The position numbers were made by a program, and so were the translations under genes. The notes beneath the pieces are model-generated. The model saw only the letters and a program-made list of their open reading frames with translations, was not told where the DNA came from and did no database searches. Positions 31,508-44,658 of a DNA stretch of 64,000 nt are shown here, in pieces. Positions within the stretch are counted from its first letter, which is position 1, and each line of letters begins with the position of its first letter. Location: NCBI GenBank assembly GCA_951406725.2, contig OX597816.1, positions 176,452,001 through 176,516,000 of the forward strand, in the 5' to 3' direction. The DNA comes from Octopus vulgaris. Taxonomy: Eukaryota.

Positions 31508-32933
31508 ATATATATATTCTTTTAATCTTTTATTTGTTTCAGTCATTTAACTGTGGCTATGCTAGAGCACCAACTTTAGTCAAACAAATTGACCCCCAGG
31601 ACTTATTCTTTGTAAGCCTTATTCTATTGGTCTCACTTTGCTGAACCACTAAGTTACAGGGACGTAGACACACCAACATTAGTTGTCAAGCAATGGTGGG
31701 GGGACAAACACTGACAGACAAATACACACACACACATACAGCAATCTTCTTTCAGTTTCTGTCAACTAAATCCACTCACAAGACTTTGACTGGCCCGAAG
31801 CTATAGTAGAAGACACTTGCCCAAGGTGCCCCATAGTGAGACTGAACCCAGACCCATGTGGTTGGTAAGCAAGCTACTTACCACACAACCACTCCTACAC
31901 CTATATATATGATGATGAGCTTCTGCACAAAAATCTACCAATTTCACTCATAAAACATTAATTAGTCTGTGGCTGCAGTAGAAGGCAAGATACTAAGCAC
32001 TAGGACTAAATCTGAAGCAACATAATTGTGAAACTAATTTTTTAACTACACAACCATACCTGCATCAGCACATTGATATAATTTATAATGCAATTTAAAT
32101 TAGAATCATCATTTAATATCCGCCTTGCATGCTGGCAGGAGGTGGACAGTTTGACAGGAATTGGCCAGGCAGAAAACTGCATCAAACTTCTGTGTCAGTT
32201 TTGGCAGTTTTTACGACTGGATGCCCTTCCTAACACCAACCACTCCACAGAGTGGACTGCGTGCTTTTTACGTGGCAGCAGCACAGGTGAGGTCAGTAAT
32301 GGCATGGTTTTACAGCTGGATGCTCTTCTAAATGTCAACCATTTTACAGTGTGGACTGGATGTTTTTATGTGACACTGGCAGGGTCACCAAGTAACTTAC
32401 AAGATAATCTTTGAGAGGAGAGGGGACATTGGAGGAGGTAATCTTGTGTCAGATGATGAAAGGTTAGATTGTGACAGAGGCAGAAACTGATGTCTTGCTG
32501 TAGAGGGGGTACATGGTTACCCAGAGACAGAGACAGACAGAGAGTTAACAAGAATGGGGACAAAAACAGGTGTGCCACTGTAAAAGAGATATGTTGGTTA
32601 CATAATGAGATTTAAATTTGAATATAAACACTTTAGCGTGGACAATCTCATGCAGGTTGGTATTAAAATGTTAGATTCTTCAGTTGATAAAATAGACATT
32701 ATTATTCAGAAACATCTCCATTTCCTAACTGCTCACAATTAGAAAAAAATTTATGTATTTAGAAATTTGTTTAACCTGCCAGAATGCTGATTATATAAAG
32801 GAGATCGTCATATACTTATGCTTTTAAGAACATTTGTGGAGTAGAGAGAAAACAAATTTCTCTTCAGTTATTTGGGATACATAAAAAAGACACAGAAAAA
32901 AATATATTTCCAAGAAATAACAAAATAAATTAC

Positions 32934-32996
32934 CTGAATTCGATAATTACCAGGCTGAATGTCAGTAAATTCTAGCTCCGTTAAATTACCAGGCAA
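32934..32996 (-). CDS. IL-17R-like exon (63 nt): LPGNLTELEFTDIQPGNYRIQ
   Basis: tcctcag|TTG...CAG|gtaatt, phase 0-0. IQPGNYRIQV resembles the FnIII tyrosine-corner motif. Confidence 0.85.
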
Positions 32997-33073
32997 CTGA
33001 GGAAAATATATTCATTCGATTGAAATAAATTAGAATTTAATTTTTCTAACAAGGGTACTGAGCAATAAACAAG

Positions 33074-33120
<47 letters not shown>

Positions 33121-33744
33121 AGAGAGAAAGAAAGAGACAGACAGACAGACAGAGGGAGGGAGAGACAGACAGGGCACAGAGTACTCATTTTAAAAGTCCA
33201 AATGATGAAAATGCTTCTAGTTCTATAATGTATTAAGTGTAGCCAAATAATAACTTATCAATAGGGTAATTAGATATGTAGTTTGTCAAATATGCTTGTT
33301 AATCTCTTTTTTCTATCTTAATTAAAAAATGAGAAAAATTTGAAAAATTTCAACCTGCATGGAATATATCTTACTTCATAAAGTATTCATCAACATTTAC
33401 ACATTTCAAATAAAGTTTATAATTTCTTACTTTTTTTAAATATTATGACTGAAACATATACGAATTATCAAACGGAGATTGAGGATTGTAGGCTATGAGG
33501 TTATATATAGTGTTTGACTACAGATCAGAATCATAAATTCAAGCATTTTTTTACCAATCTTGTTCCTTATGGCAAAACACATTACTAGAACTGACTTGGT
33601 CAGCTTGGTTAGCATATGGAAAAGCTATATAAAAGCTATATGTAAGCATCTAAATTTTTGGAAGCAGGAATGAGTCAATTGCTCCCAGGTTCTTTTGGCA
33701 ATGTGCCAAGAAAACAAGGACTTTTGCAGCAGACTTATCACACA

Positions 33745-34390
33745 GGATGAAATATAGGTCCATCACTATGATCCTGATACTGAAGTTCAGTCAAAGCAAT
33801 GGAAGCAGGATAACTCACCACCTCCAAAGAAGGCTTGTGTTCACCCTCAGCAGGCAAGATGATGCTCACAGTCTTTTTGGACCTGCGCAGAGTAGTGATG
33901 ATGGATTTCCTGGCAAAGGATACCACAATTAACGAGACATATTAAGCTTCTCTGCTGCACAAATTGCAGGACGCCATTTGAGGAGAGGCATGGCATATTG
34001 ACCAAAGGAGTCCACCTCCTCCAAGACAATGCCCCAGTTGTTCACAATGCACATGTTGCTCAGATGAAAGCACATTCCTGCGGCTATGAAATCTTTTTTC
34101 ATCCCACTTACTCTCCCAACGTAGCACCATCTGACTTCCACCTCTTTCCAACCATGAAGTTCTTTTTGAAGGGGAAGCACTTCTCGGATGATGATGAACT
34201 TATTTCTGAGGTAAAGTCTTTGCTTCAGACACAAACTACTGACTTCTACAGACGAAGTCTTCACAGCTGCATAAAGCAGTGTGTCACCATTGGTGGTGGC
34301 TATGTAGAGAAGGACTAATAATTATGCCAAGTTTCATTTATGCCAGCCTTTAGGAAGTGGGTCAGGAGAAATCTTTAATGAACACCCTGC
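33745..34390 (+). mobile_element. Mariner transposase 3' fragment
   Basis: GVHLLQDNAP..HPTYSPNVAPSDFHLFPTMK..GKHF (mariner YSPDLAPSD motif). Confidence 0.85.
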
Positions 34391-34394
34391 ATAT

Positions 34395-34674
34395 ATCCAA
34401 ATTTAAAGAATGGAGTAGATAAAATCCAGCTACTTATGTCTCAAAGCTAGCAGAACCTTGTAAGTAGTAACTAGCCAAACAAGAGTAATCCACTAGCTAC
34501 TCATCAGGCCAAAGGTACGTTAGTCAAATGAAGGTTATATTGACTAAGGTATCTTTGGCCTGATGATTAGCTAGCGGAGTACACTTCATATGAGTAATTA
34601 CTATTTCCAAAGTTCTGCGAGCTAGGAAACATAAGTAGCTTGGATTCTATCTACTCCGTTCACTAAATTTGGAT
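34395..34674. repeat. ~280-bp imperfect palindrome carrying a hammerhead motif on each strand
   Basis: Arms 34395-34527 and 34540-34674 are reverse complements. + strand: GGC-CTGATGA(34560-66)...GAAA(34626-29)-CATAAG-TA-GCT. - strand: GGC-CTGATGA...GAGA-CATAAG-TA-GCT. Confidence 0.75.
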
Positions 34675-34916
34675 TTTTATTTGATACACAACAACCCCAG
34701 TTGCTAACCATAGACTACAAAATACATTTTTGCAGCTTATTGAACTTTGGATATGGGAAAAATTTACAACCTTCTACATCAATAAACCACTATTGTTCCT
34801 GAAAGTTGTTTTTACACCTCCTACAGACTGCTCAAATCTTACTAACTTCCTACACCTTGATTCCTGGATCTTACCATTACATATTACTTTATATATTATA
34901 TATATATAATGCCTAC

Positions 34917-35098
34917 CTGTTGCTGTTGAACAATAACTGAAGAGATTGGATCAGGAATAAATGTAGGAAACCGGATCAAGCTGACATTATAACTATCAGC
35001 CACATATTGACGACTTGGTTCAAATACCACATGAAGACTATTTTCACTATCAATTGACACAGCAATTGTTCGTTTCTTGTTCACATTCAGTGAATTGA
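34917..35098 (-). CDS. IL-17R-like ectodomain exon (182 nt)
   Basis: ttctgcag|TC...CAG|gtaggc. NSLNVNKKRTIAVSIDSENSLHVVFEPSRQYVADSYNVSLIRFPTFIPDPISSVIVQQQQ, phase 1-0, FnIII-like. Confidence 0.85.
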
Positions 35099-35281
35099 CT
35101 GCAGAAATAGAAAATAAGTCTTTGTTATTTTCAAAGAGCAACTGAAACTTAAAAAGTATTGTATTCAATTTAACAATCTAGTTTAATAATACCTATACAA
35201 ACTAACCAACCCAAAGACAGTTACATTTCTTAATAGTAGATTATTGTTACCAAACTTATAAACTGCAATCAAATACATGTG

Positions 35282-35326
<45 letters not shown>

Positions 35327-36699
35327 GTATAGCTATATATAAGAATGGTCAAATCATTAAATGAATGATCATTGAATATTATTTAAGTGGTGCATCAATT
35401 TTTAGAAAGAATAGGTTGACAGTAACTTCAAAAGTCCATTGCTCATTGGTCAACAAATGGTGAAATTTTGAAATCACTATGCACTTTTACCTTATAAATA
35501 TTAATACACACACATCAATACCAAATTTAAAGCATGAAATCAACCAGGTTTTAAACACTGAAAACTAGTGGGGGTGGGGTGAGTAGATAATATTGCTCTG
35601 TTTACTAATAAGGCTTTATTATAACAGTACAATACTTTATTGAATATTTCTTTACAAAAGCTTAGACTGAAGATTTTCCTGCTGTTGTAGATGAAATTCT
35701 TAACCTTTAGTATTTAAACCAGCGACATCCAGCCAAAATATCCTTCCTATTTTATATGTCCAAACTAGTCAGATCTAGTTTCTCACATCAACCCTACAAT
35801 GTCATTCTAAAAATTAACAGTTATCTCATCAAAATCTCAAAGCTACAGGATAGGGCATGGTTAGTTGAAAATAATGTGAATAAATAAGCACTACTTTTGA
35901 TAAAAGAATGTAAATGCTAATAGGTTAGACACTGCTGGAGTTGGGGTGGTGACATGGTCTAAATAATTCAAGAGTTTCTCATTTGGCTCACTGAAAGGTT
36001 TATGTAAGCTAGTTCTTACAAACACACACACACATGTATGTACGTGCCACAGCTATCATCATTAGTGTGGCTTAGACTGAATGAGCTGTCAGGTCAAGTC
36101 AGCCCTTATTCAGGTATACTGCCTTCTTAGATTGGTCAAAGGACAGAGTGCTCATATATTTTATTTTTAGCATAGTTTCTAGAATGTATTTGATGCATTG
36201 TATCATGGTACCGGCACTAGAGAGGTTGTCAGATCCCTGACAAAACAAAAGAGACCTTTCTATGTTATTTCTGTTTGTTCACCAATTATTTTAGAGTGAA
36301 CTGGGTGCATTTTATCATGGCACCATTCAGGCACTGTGGTAGAGTGGATAGAAAAGAAAAGATGATATGCAAGAAGGTTACATAGGAAGTAGTGAATGGA
36401 GACTAATCAGTAATACAACAGGTGAGAAACATGAAGTACATATATTACATATCCCAGCCTTCATCTCCACCAGCAGCTTAACAAATATTTTGTCATGCTT
36501 ATACCAGTGGACAGATCTTCTTCAGCATCTTATACTGCCACTTGTTAAGCTTCTTTGTCACTTCCTTTCCGAGGTTCAGTTTCTTGAGATCTATCATCAC
36601 TACTTCATCCCATGTATTAATGTCTCCATCATCCACAGCTTCAAACCATTTCAACTGCTCAGCAATAGTTTATAGAACTGACATCCTTCATATGCATCA

Positions 36700-37830
36700 C
36701 ATACCTGTACTTGCATAGTCTTCTTTCTTGCCCTCTCCATCCAATTCTTCATATATCCAGCTTTCCTCTCACTTTACTTGTACTCTATTGTTCATGCACA
36801 CTAACATTACACAGCCAGTACAGCTTCCTCACTTCATTTCTTTCTAATCATTGCATATCTTACATATTCAATAGCCACATCTCACAATCATGTGGCATCA
36901 AACTTCATACACAAGCATCATACAACCTGGCTTTTACTCTGAGAAAGAAACTATTTCTTGCAGCAGCTTTTTCAATTTTTACCACCCTGTTCTTACTCTA
37001 TTATGCTTTTGAAACATCAACTTCCACCTGGTAATTAGGTTACCTGAGTAACAAAAGTTATCAACTACTTTTAATGAGGAGTTCATTCTAAATGTATTCT
37101 TGCCGCTGCTAACTACTCCTGTGCATTTGCGTCATATGAATTCGATCTACCCAGTCAGACAGCCTGTGATTGCACTCTTGTGCATCCATAGTTTACATTG
37201 AATATACTGTATGGAACCCCTACTAAGTCCCTTTTCCCTTTTCTCTATGTCAAGATTGGTTATTTCCCTGATGATTAACAGAGTTGTGTTTTTTTCCCCA
37301 AATCGGAAAACTTTAGTTTTTACATAATTTACTCTCCATTCCAAATTTTGCTTTTGTGCTCGAAATTTCTTCAATAAATCATCAACATTTTGTTTATAAG
37401 AAATAGATCATCAGCATGCAAGAGTTCTCATAGACTTGGATGATTATATTAAACAGGTAATGGTTGAAAACTAAACCTTGCTGAACTGATATTCACTCAC
37501 TAAATTCATTACTGAATCCCCACCTACATACTAAATTCATTGCTGAATTCATTAGTGATCCACACTTTGCTAACTATATGGCTTCTGTGGCTCTCACAAG
37601 CTATTCAAATACTCATATAACGAATGCTAAGGTATAGGAGCTTACTCCCAGATAAGTACTTCTGTTGTTGTCTCATAAGGAAGATGGTATTGACAGCACT
37701 TCTTCCTAGTACAAAGCCAAGCTACATCTCATCAAGGCCAATACTGATCCTAATAAATTTTGCTATAACTCTCACTACAAACTTCATAAGCTGGCCCAAC
37801 AATTTGATTCCCTAGTAGTTACATCTCTCT
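36700..37830 (-). mobile_element. Old, degenerate RTE-clade LINE
   Basis: Scattered remnants homologous to 5690-6100 (e.g. VVDNFCYSG; RVKARLYDACV). Confidence 0.55.
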
Positions 37831-38185
37831 AGTTAGTTAGTTAGTTAATTTGGTTCAAAAGCAAATAGCAAGGCCATGTAGGGGGACATGGAGTTAAGTA
37901 CAGGGTGGTGTTCATGTAAAGAGTTCAGGCCACTTGAGGTCAAGGGAGGCTTTGAACAAAGCGGTCGTCGGCATCTTCACCATCTCGTCTGGCAGCTTGT
38001 TCCACAGATCCGCAACCCGGACGGAGAAAGCTCCTCTCCTTCGATTGAGATGAAATTGTCGCAGGTAGAGCTTTTTGGAATGACCCCACAGCCGACGCTC
38101 TGGAGCAGGAGTGAAGAACAGCTCTTTTGAGAGGTTACACTTTCCGCTTATGATGTTGTGGGCGAGAATGAGATCACCACGCCCT
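37830..38185 (-). mobile_element. CR1-group LINE 3' fragment with (TAAC)n tail
   Basis: RGDLILAHNII..GHSKKL..RRGAFSVRVADLWNKLP..FKASLD. Confidence 0.82.
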
Positions 38186-39014
38186 TGTAGCAATTGGGAA
38201 TAATACTGCAACACTGTTATTAGGTACAACGCCTTTCAGTTCTACCTAATAACAAATGTAAGTGTCTACTAAACACATACCTCAGATAGTGTCAGTGTGA
38301 TATTGTGTGTGTGTGTCATTGCGTGTATATGTGACAAGGCTAACCCTTTGAATTATAGGTACAGTTTTACAGGCTTCTACACAGATCTGTCTCTTTACTC
38401 TTTTACTTGTTTCAGTCATTTGACTGTGGCCATGCTGGAGCACCGCCTTTAGTCGAGCAAATCGACCCCGGGACTTATTCTTTGTAAGCCCAGTACTTAT
38501 TCTATCAGTCTCTTTTGCCGAACCGCTAAGTGACGGGGACGTAAACACACCAGCATCGGTTGTCAAGCAATGCTAGGGGGACAAACACAGACACACAAAC
38601 ACATATACACACACATATATATATACATATATACGACATATATATATATACATATATACAAATCCACTCACAAGGCATTGGTCGGCCCGGGGCTATAGCA
38701 GAAGACACTTGCCCAAGATGCCACGCAGTGGGACTGAACCCGCAACCATGTGGTTGGTTAGCAAGCTCCCTAATTCTACTTACAAAGCTGTGGACAACTT
38801 GAGGCTGGTAGGCAATTAGTCCAAGAAGCTACATAAAGAGATCCAGGACTTTGCGACAGCCATGCTCTCATGAGATTGACAGAAACTACACAAGTTATAT
38901 CTGCATGAGATGATAATTTAGTGTAGTAACTATATTTAAATATATTTAATACATTGAGCATTAAACAACTAATTAGAAGTAATAGTGAAGTGATGAAAAG
39001 TAATATACCTTGAC

Positions 39015-39220
39015 TACTGTGGGTGTTATGTTCCAAAACCTCCCGTAATAGGTGAAAATCCACAAAGTAGGAACAGTACAGTATATTTTTTTTAATTATT
39101 TTTATTATTTGTAAATATCTGTTTTATTATAAATGCAAAACAACACCCCAGAGGAATCGATGTAAGCTTAAACAATAAACCGCGATAGGTGAACCGTGAT
39201 ATGGCGAAAGATTACTATAA
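39015..39220. mobile_element. Possible pogo/Tigger-type MITE remnant
   Basis: The right end resembles the CAGTAATCCCTCG..ATCGCGGTTCAC terminus in reverse. The left end is unclear. Confidence 0.35.
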
Positions 39221-41390
39221 TGACAAATATCATAGTATTTTAGCAAATATGAGAGATAACTCTGGATATTATTCATCCACAAAGCATAGACTTCGTTCAT
39301 TAACATGCTAAAGTGATGATGAAAATCATTAAGAAAATGTAGAATGCAGTATACTGGTTGGCATAGAAACCATAAATAATTCACAGTTATTATCTGCATC
39401 ATCATCATCATCATCATTGAACATCCATTATCCATGCTGGCATGGGTTGGATGGTTTGACCAGGGCTGGTAATCTGGAAGGCTTCACCAGACTCCGGTCT
39501 GATTTGGCATGGTTTCTATGGTTGGATGCCCTTCCAAATGCCAACTACTCCATGGCTGGTAGTCCATGACAAATTATCAAGGTGCTGTTTTGAACAATTT
39601 TAATGCAACAATGATTTGTTACATGAGTAGAATGGCAAAGATTTGTAGTGGAGATGGAGAGATGATTGAATCAACCTCTGCACATGTCTGGTATGTAACA
39701 TCAAGGATGGCTCCTATGGGAATTGAACTTAAGACATAATGGTATGAAAATAAATACTGTAAGGCATTTAATCCTATAATCTTCTATTTTACCTACTATA
39801 ATAATAATTTGATGGTAAAACTGCCACACAAATCAAAACAGGAAAATGTATATCTACATGATATTTGTTTAGACTTAAGGAGACTGAGAAATGAGACTCC
39901 TCCAGGAATACAGCTCAGCATCAGTGGCAGAATACAGAAACCACCTCCCACTGCTAAGAAAAAACTACTCAACTATCAAATAAAACAATACCTCCTTTAC
40001 AAAGAGGAACTGTTTTAACTACAATGCAATAATATTATACTAGCTATTATTCATCAAAGCTAAATTATAATCAAAAGCAAAAACTGCTTTGCTTTTTGTC
40101 TTTATTTTTGCTTTTTTTTTTTTGTCATGTGGCACAAAAACAATTTATATAAAGGAATAGAATTATCCTGTTCACCTCAGTGTAGAGGTGCATGGCTCAG
40201 CAATTAGGCTGTTGGACTCATGACCCTCAGATTATGGTTTTGATTTCTGGACTGGGCTATGCATTGTGTTCTTGAACAAAACACTTCATTTCACATTGCT
40301 TCAGTCCACTCAGCTGACAAAAAGGAGTAATCCTGCAACTGACCAGCATCCCTCAGGTGGGGAATATATACACCATGGAACCAGGAAACTGGCCCATATG
40401 AGTTGGTGTGACTCGAGAAGATACCTTTACATTTTATCCACCTCAGTACATTCCCAGTAATTTATTGTGTTAATCATTTAACATTCAGATGACTCTATCA
40501 AATGTAACATTTATTCTCATTGTTTTGAGTTAATCATGGATTATCTTCAAGATTAGCTTCAAGATTTTGACGATGTAATTGTATATTTTTTAGGCTAACA
40601 TTGCTAGATAGGCCAGTTTGCGCATAAGACAGGAAGAATATTTTGACTGGATATGGCCAGTTTAAATGCTAAAAGGTTAAACACTGCAGATTAAAAGGCA
40701 AGATCAACCTTAGTATTATTTCATACTCCATGGCTAAAACATTTTTGATTAAAGGTCTGCATGATACAGGTTGACCTGGGGCTAAATAACAACCAACAAC
40801 TAAAAGAAAACATTTAATCATCAACTAGATAACTATGGATATAATTCATTTTCATTATGTAACTCCTCAGCAAAGCAAAGATTTATCTCATTTCCTGAAG
40901 TAGTTAGTGATAGCTCAGTGGTTAGAGCATCAGGCTCACAATCATGAGGTAGTGTGTTCAATTTCCAGTAGAGCTGTGTGTTGTGTTCTTGAACAAGACA
41001 CTTTATTTCACGTTGTTCCAGTTCACTCAGCTTTAGAAATGAATTGCAACATCACTGGTGCCAAATTGTATCAGCCTTTGCCTTTCCCTCAGACAAAATT
41101 GGTGGCATATAGAGGGGAGGTTGCTATGCATGGCGACTGCTGGTCTTCTATAAAACAAACCTTGTCTGGACTTGTACCTCAGAAGGGAACTTTCTAGGTG
41201 CAATCCCATGGTCATTCATGACCGAAGGGAGTCTTTACTCTTTACCATAATGATAAGAAAATTATTAAATATAAAACATTCATGCAGAAAGTACTCAAAG
41301 ACATGCTTTGCATGAAAGCCAAATAGGTATAAACAGACAATAGTAAGCTAATACATTTTGATTAATATTACGCCAGTGGCAAAAGGATAT

Positions 41391-41620
41391 TTAACCCTTT
41401 TGATACCAACCCGGCCGAAACCGCCTCTGGCTCTGTAGTACAAATGTCTTGTTTTCATAAGTTTTGAATTAAAATCTTCCACCAAACCTTAGTCACAATT
41501 TATGTTCCTAACACTAGCTGAATGATAATGAAGTTATTTTACTAAATTCTTTGTTATATTTAAAATTAATTGAAAGAAACACAGAGCATCTCAAAATAAA
41601 TACAGTAACGAAAGGGTTAA
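41391..41620. mobile_element. piggyBac-type MITE, family B (degenerate reverse copy ~52190-52401)
   Basis: TTAACCCTTTTGATAC...GTAACGAAAGGGTTAA termini. Confidence 0.8.
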
Positions 41621-43383
41621 TGATCAGTTCTAGTTTATTAAAAAAGTTTTTCTAAAGGGAGATAAACACAAAATGTTAGAAATAGATAATGGCCAACAGA
41701 GCAGAGAGGGAATGTAATATTGTGACTATTCCAGATATGTTTAAAATGACTTAAGATTTTGGAGTTGTTTCCCCCTATCTTTCTAAAGCAGAATTTGCAA
41801 TAAATTAACGCTTGTTTTTGTTGTTTTTTTTTGTTTTTTTTACCTTGCGTGATATTTTAACGTCCACTTTTCCGTACTTGCATGGGTCAACAGTTTATTG
41901 AGGCAGATTTGCTATGGCCAGAATCTCTTCTTGTCACCACCTTCACTTGTTTCCAAGCAAGGTTTCCTATGGCCAGGCATACTTTTGCAGAATACTGAAA
42001 ATGAATTTCATTGCTTGTATGACAATGAGCTGTTTACAACTGTCGCTTAACATCAAGATAAGGAGACACACACACACGCATGTGTGCATATATAAAAGGC
42101 TTCTTTCAGTTTCCATCAATCAAATCCACTCACAAGCTTTTGATCAGCCCAAACATGTACCCAAGGTACTATGCAGTGGGACTGAAACCAGAACCGTGTG
42201 GTTAGGAAAGAAACTTCTTACCACACAGCCATACCTTTAAAATTTCTTGGCTATAAGTATGTTGGTAACCAACCTTACCATTTGATTTTCGTGTACAGTA
42301 CGGCCTTGGGTATTTTTTCCAAATTACTATATTAAGTCTATACTTTAATGAGCCTATATTGGTACTAAAACATAGCTGAAGCAGTCATCCTACAGTCAAG
42401 ATCAGACTAACTCACCACTGGGTAGCTACATTCTATCTTTAAGTCATTTTTAGTTAAGACTTTTAAAGATTTTTACCCTTTTCTTTCTTAACCATAACTG
42501 ATCATTAAGCTAATGATTGTTTTCCTCACCACATAATTACACTGTATAACACAATTTTAGTCCCTGGGTAGCAACTGTTATTTCCTATTTGCTTACCCCC
42601 AGAAAGTATGAAAAATTACTATCTCCTTCAATCTTTGCTTTTGTTACATTTATTCAAACCCCAAAGAATCCCCCTCAACACATGGCTATGATGCTCCCCT
42701 ACTACTCCTGCTCATGATCAGAGATGCACATATTGTCAGCCACTAAGAGAAATGCTCAAGTGATTACAGTCAAGCAACTGACAAGCAAATCTGTGGTATT
42801 GAGCAGAATATTTACTATAACAATATTTCTGCTTCAGCAACTCAGCACTGAATCTGTCTGAGATGTAATGGGAAATAGGTCAGTTTCAAAACATTGATGT
42901 CCAGGTCATAACAACAATGTTTGAAGGGAACGGTAGTCATTTCCTTTGATTTCTAAATAGAAGTGAATAGGAAATAACACTTACTGACCAAAGACAAAAA
43001 AATTAAAATGTTGTTACACAATGTAATTAATAAACCTTAATGGCTCACTACACTAAATATATCGTTAAAATAAGTAACAACAAAGTCAAAGAGGTTCTTA
43101 CAATGCAAAGAGGGAAAGATGAGCTTTAAATATTTGTTCCTGAATTATATAAAGGAAGGTTACTTTCCTTTCCTTTTTCACACTAAGAAGTTCTCTGTCT
43201 TCGCTATTTTTATTTTACTTTTATATCACAATGCTTCTAGTAAACTACAATGATATATTAAATATATTAGTACAGACTGTTCAAGAATGTACACTAGTAA
43301 GGATAGAAAGCTAGAGAATAAATCATAAAGCACATGAAAAATAACAGTTATTTTTAATTAAGTTAAATATAAAAGTTACATAC

Positions 43384-43501
43384 CATATGCTGTGACAATA
43401 TAAGTTGAATTCCCACCAGTAGGAAGAGCAATAAGTTTTACTTTAAAGACATGGGTTTTAAATTTTTCAAAGCGAGTAAGAAAGTTGTATTGAATGTATC
43501 G
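43384..43501 (-). CDS. IL-17R-like ectodomain exon (118 nt)
   Basis: gttttcag|CGA...TATG|gtatgt. RYIQYNFLTRFEKFKTHVFKVKLIALPTGGNSTYIVTAY, phase 0-1. Confidence 0.83.
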
Positions 43502-44658
43502 CTGAAAACAAAACATAGTAATAAAATCTGATTAAATGCAATGCAATAGTAAGAAACGGTCTTAAACACAATGTAGAAACTATTTAAACACATTTAGAAA
43601 TTAAATCAGTTATTCTAAACCAACAAGAAAACTTTTAAGTGGTCACTCAAACAGGTAGAAATAAGAGCCAAATTTCCTTCAAATAATACTCAACAATATT
43701 AAAGGGAAGAACACATAGTTTTTGTTTAATATCCACTTTTCTATGCTTGCATGAGTGAGATTCAATTTGTAGAGGCAGATTTTGTAAACAAATAACATCA
43801 CTTGTGTGATAGTGATGCTCATTTACAATCAGCAGAAGACAACAAGGTACACACAATAGGCTTCTCTCAGTTTCTATCTACAAAATCCACACACAAGGTT
43901 TTGGTTGACTTGGGACTATAGTAGAAGACACTAGTCCAAGATGCCATGCAGTAGGACTGAACCCAAAACCACATGGGTAGGAAGCAAGCTCCTTAACTAC
44001 ATAACCACAGCTGCCCACATTAGATAATACTGGAAACATGGGGCAATCCTGGAGTACATAGGTCACCACAATTACAATTAAACTGGAGCTGAACAACAAA
44101 TCAGGCCTTCAATTTTTGCCGGTGGCACATAAAAAGCACCATCCGTTCGTGGCTGTTTGCCAGCTCTGTCTGGCACCTGTGCGGGTGGCACGTAAAAAAC
44201 ACCCACTACACTCACGGAGTGGTTGGCGTTAGGAAGGGCATCCAGCCGTAGAAACACTGCCAGATTTGACTGGGCCTGATGAAGCCTTCTGGCTTCACAG
44301 ACCCCAGTAGAACCGTCCAACCCATGCTAGCATGGAAAGCGGACGCTAAATGATGATGATGATGATGATGATGATTATAAGAGTTATAAATAAAGTGGTA
44401 AGTTGGCAGAATTGTTAGCACATCAGACAAAATGCTTAGCGGCACTTTATCCTTCTTTACATCTTGAACTGAAATTCTGCCAAGGCTGACTTTACCTTCC
44501 ATTCTTCTGGGGGTAAAGCCTTGTTCCCTGAAATTGTTAGCCTTGAGCCAAAACTTGAAACCAATATAAGTGTTATAAATGCATGTAACTACAATCAAAA
44601 TTCTAGTACTCTAATTACTTAAGTTAGTTACTCAGAACTTGGAATGGTTAAATATCTT

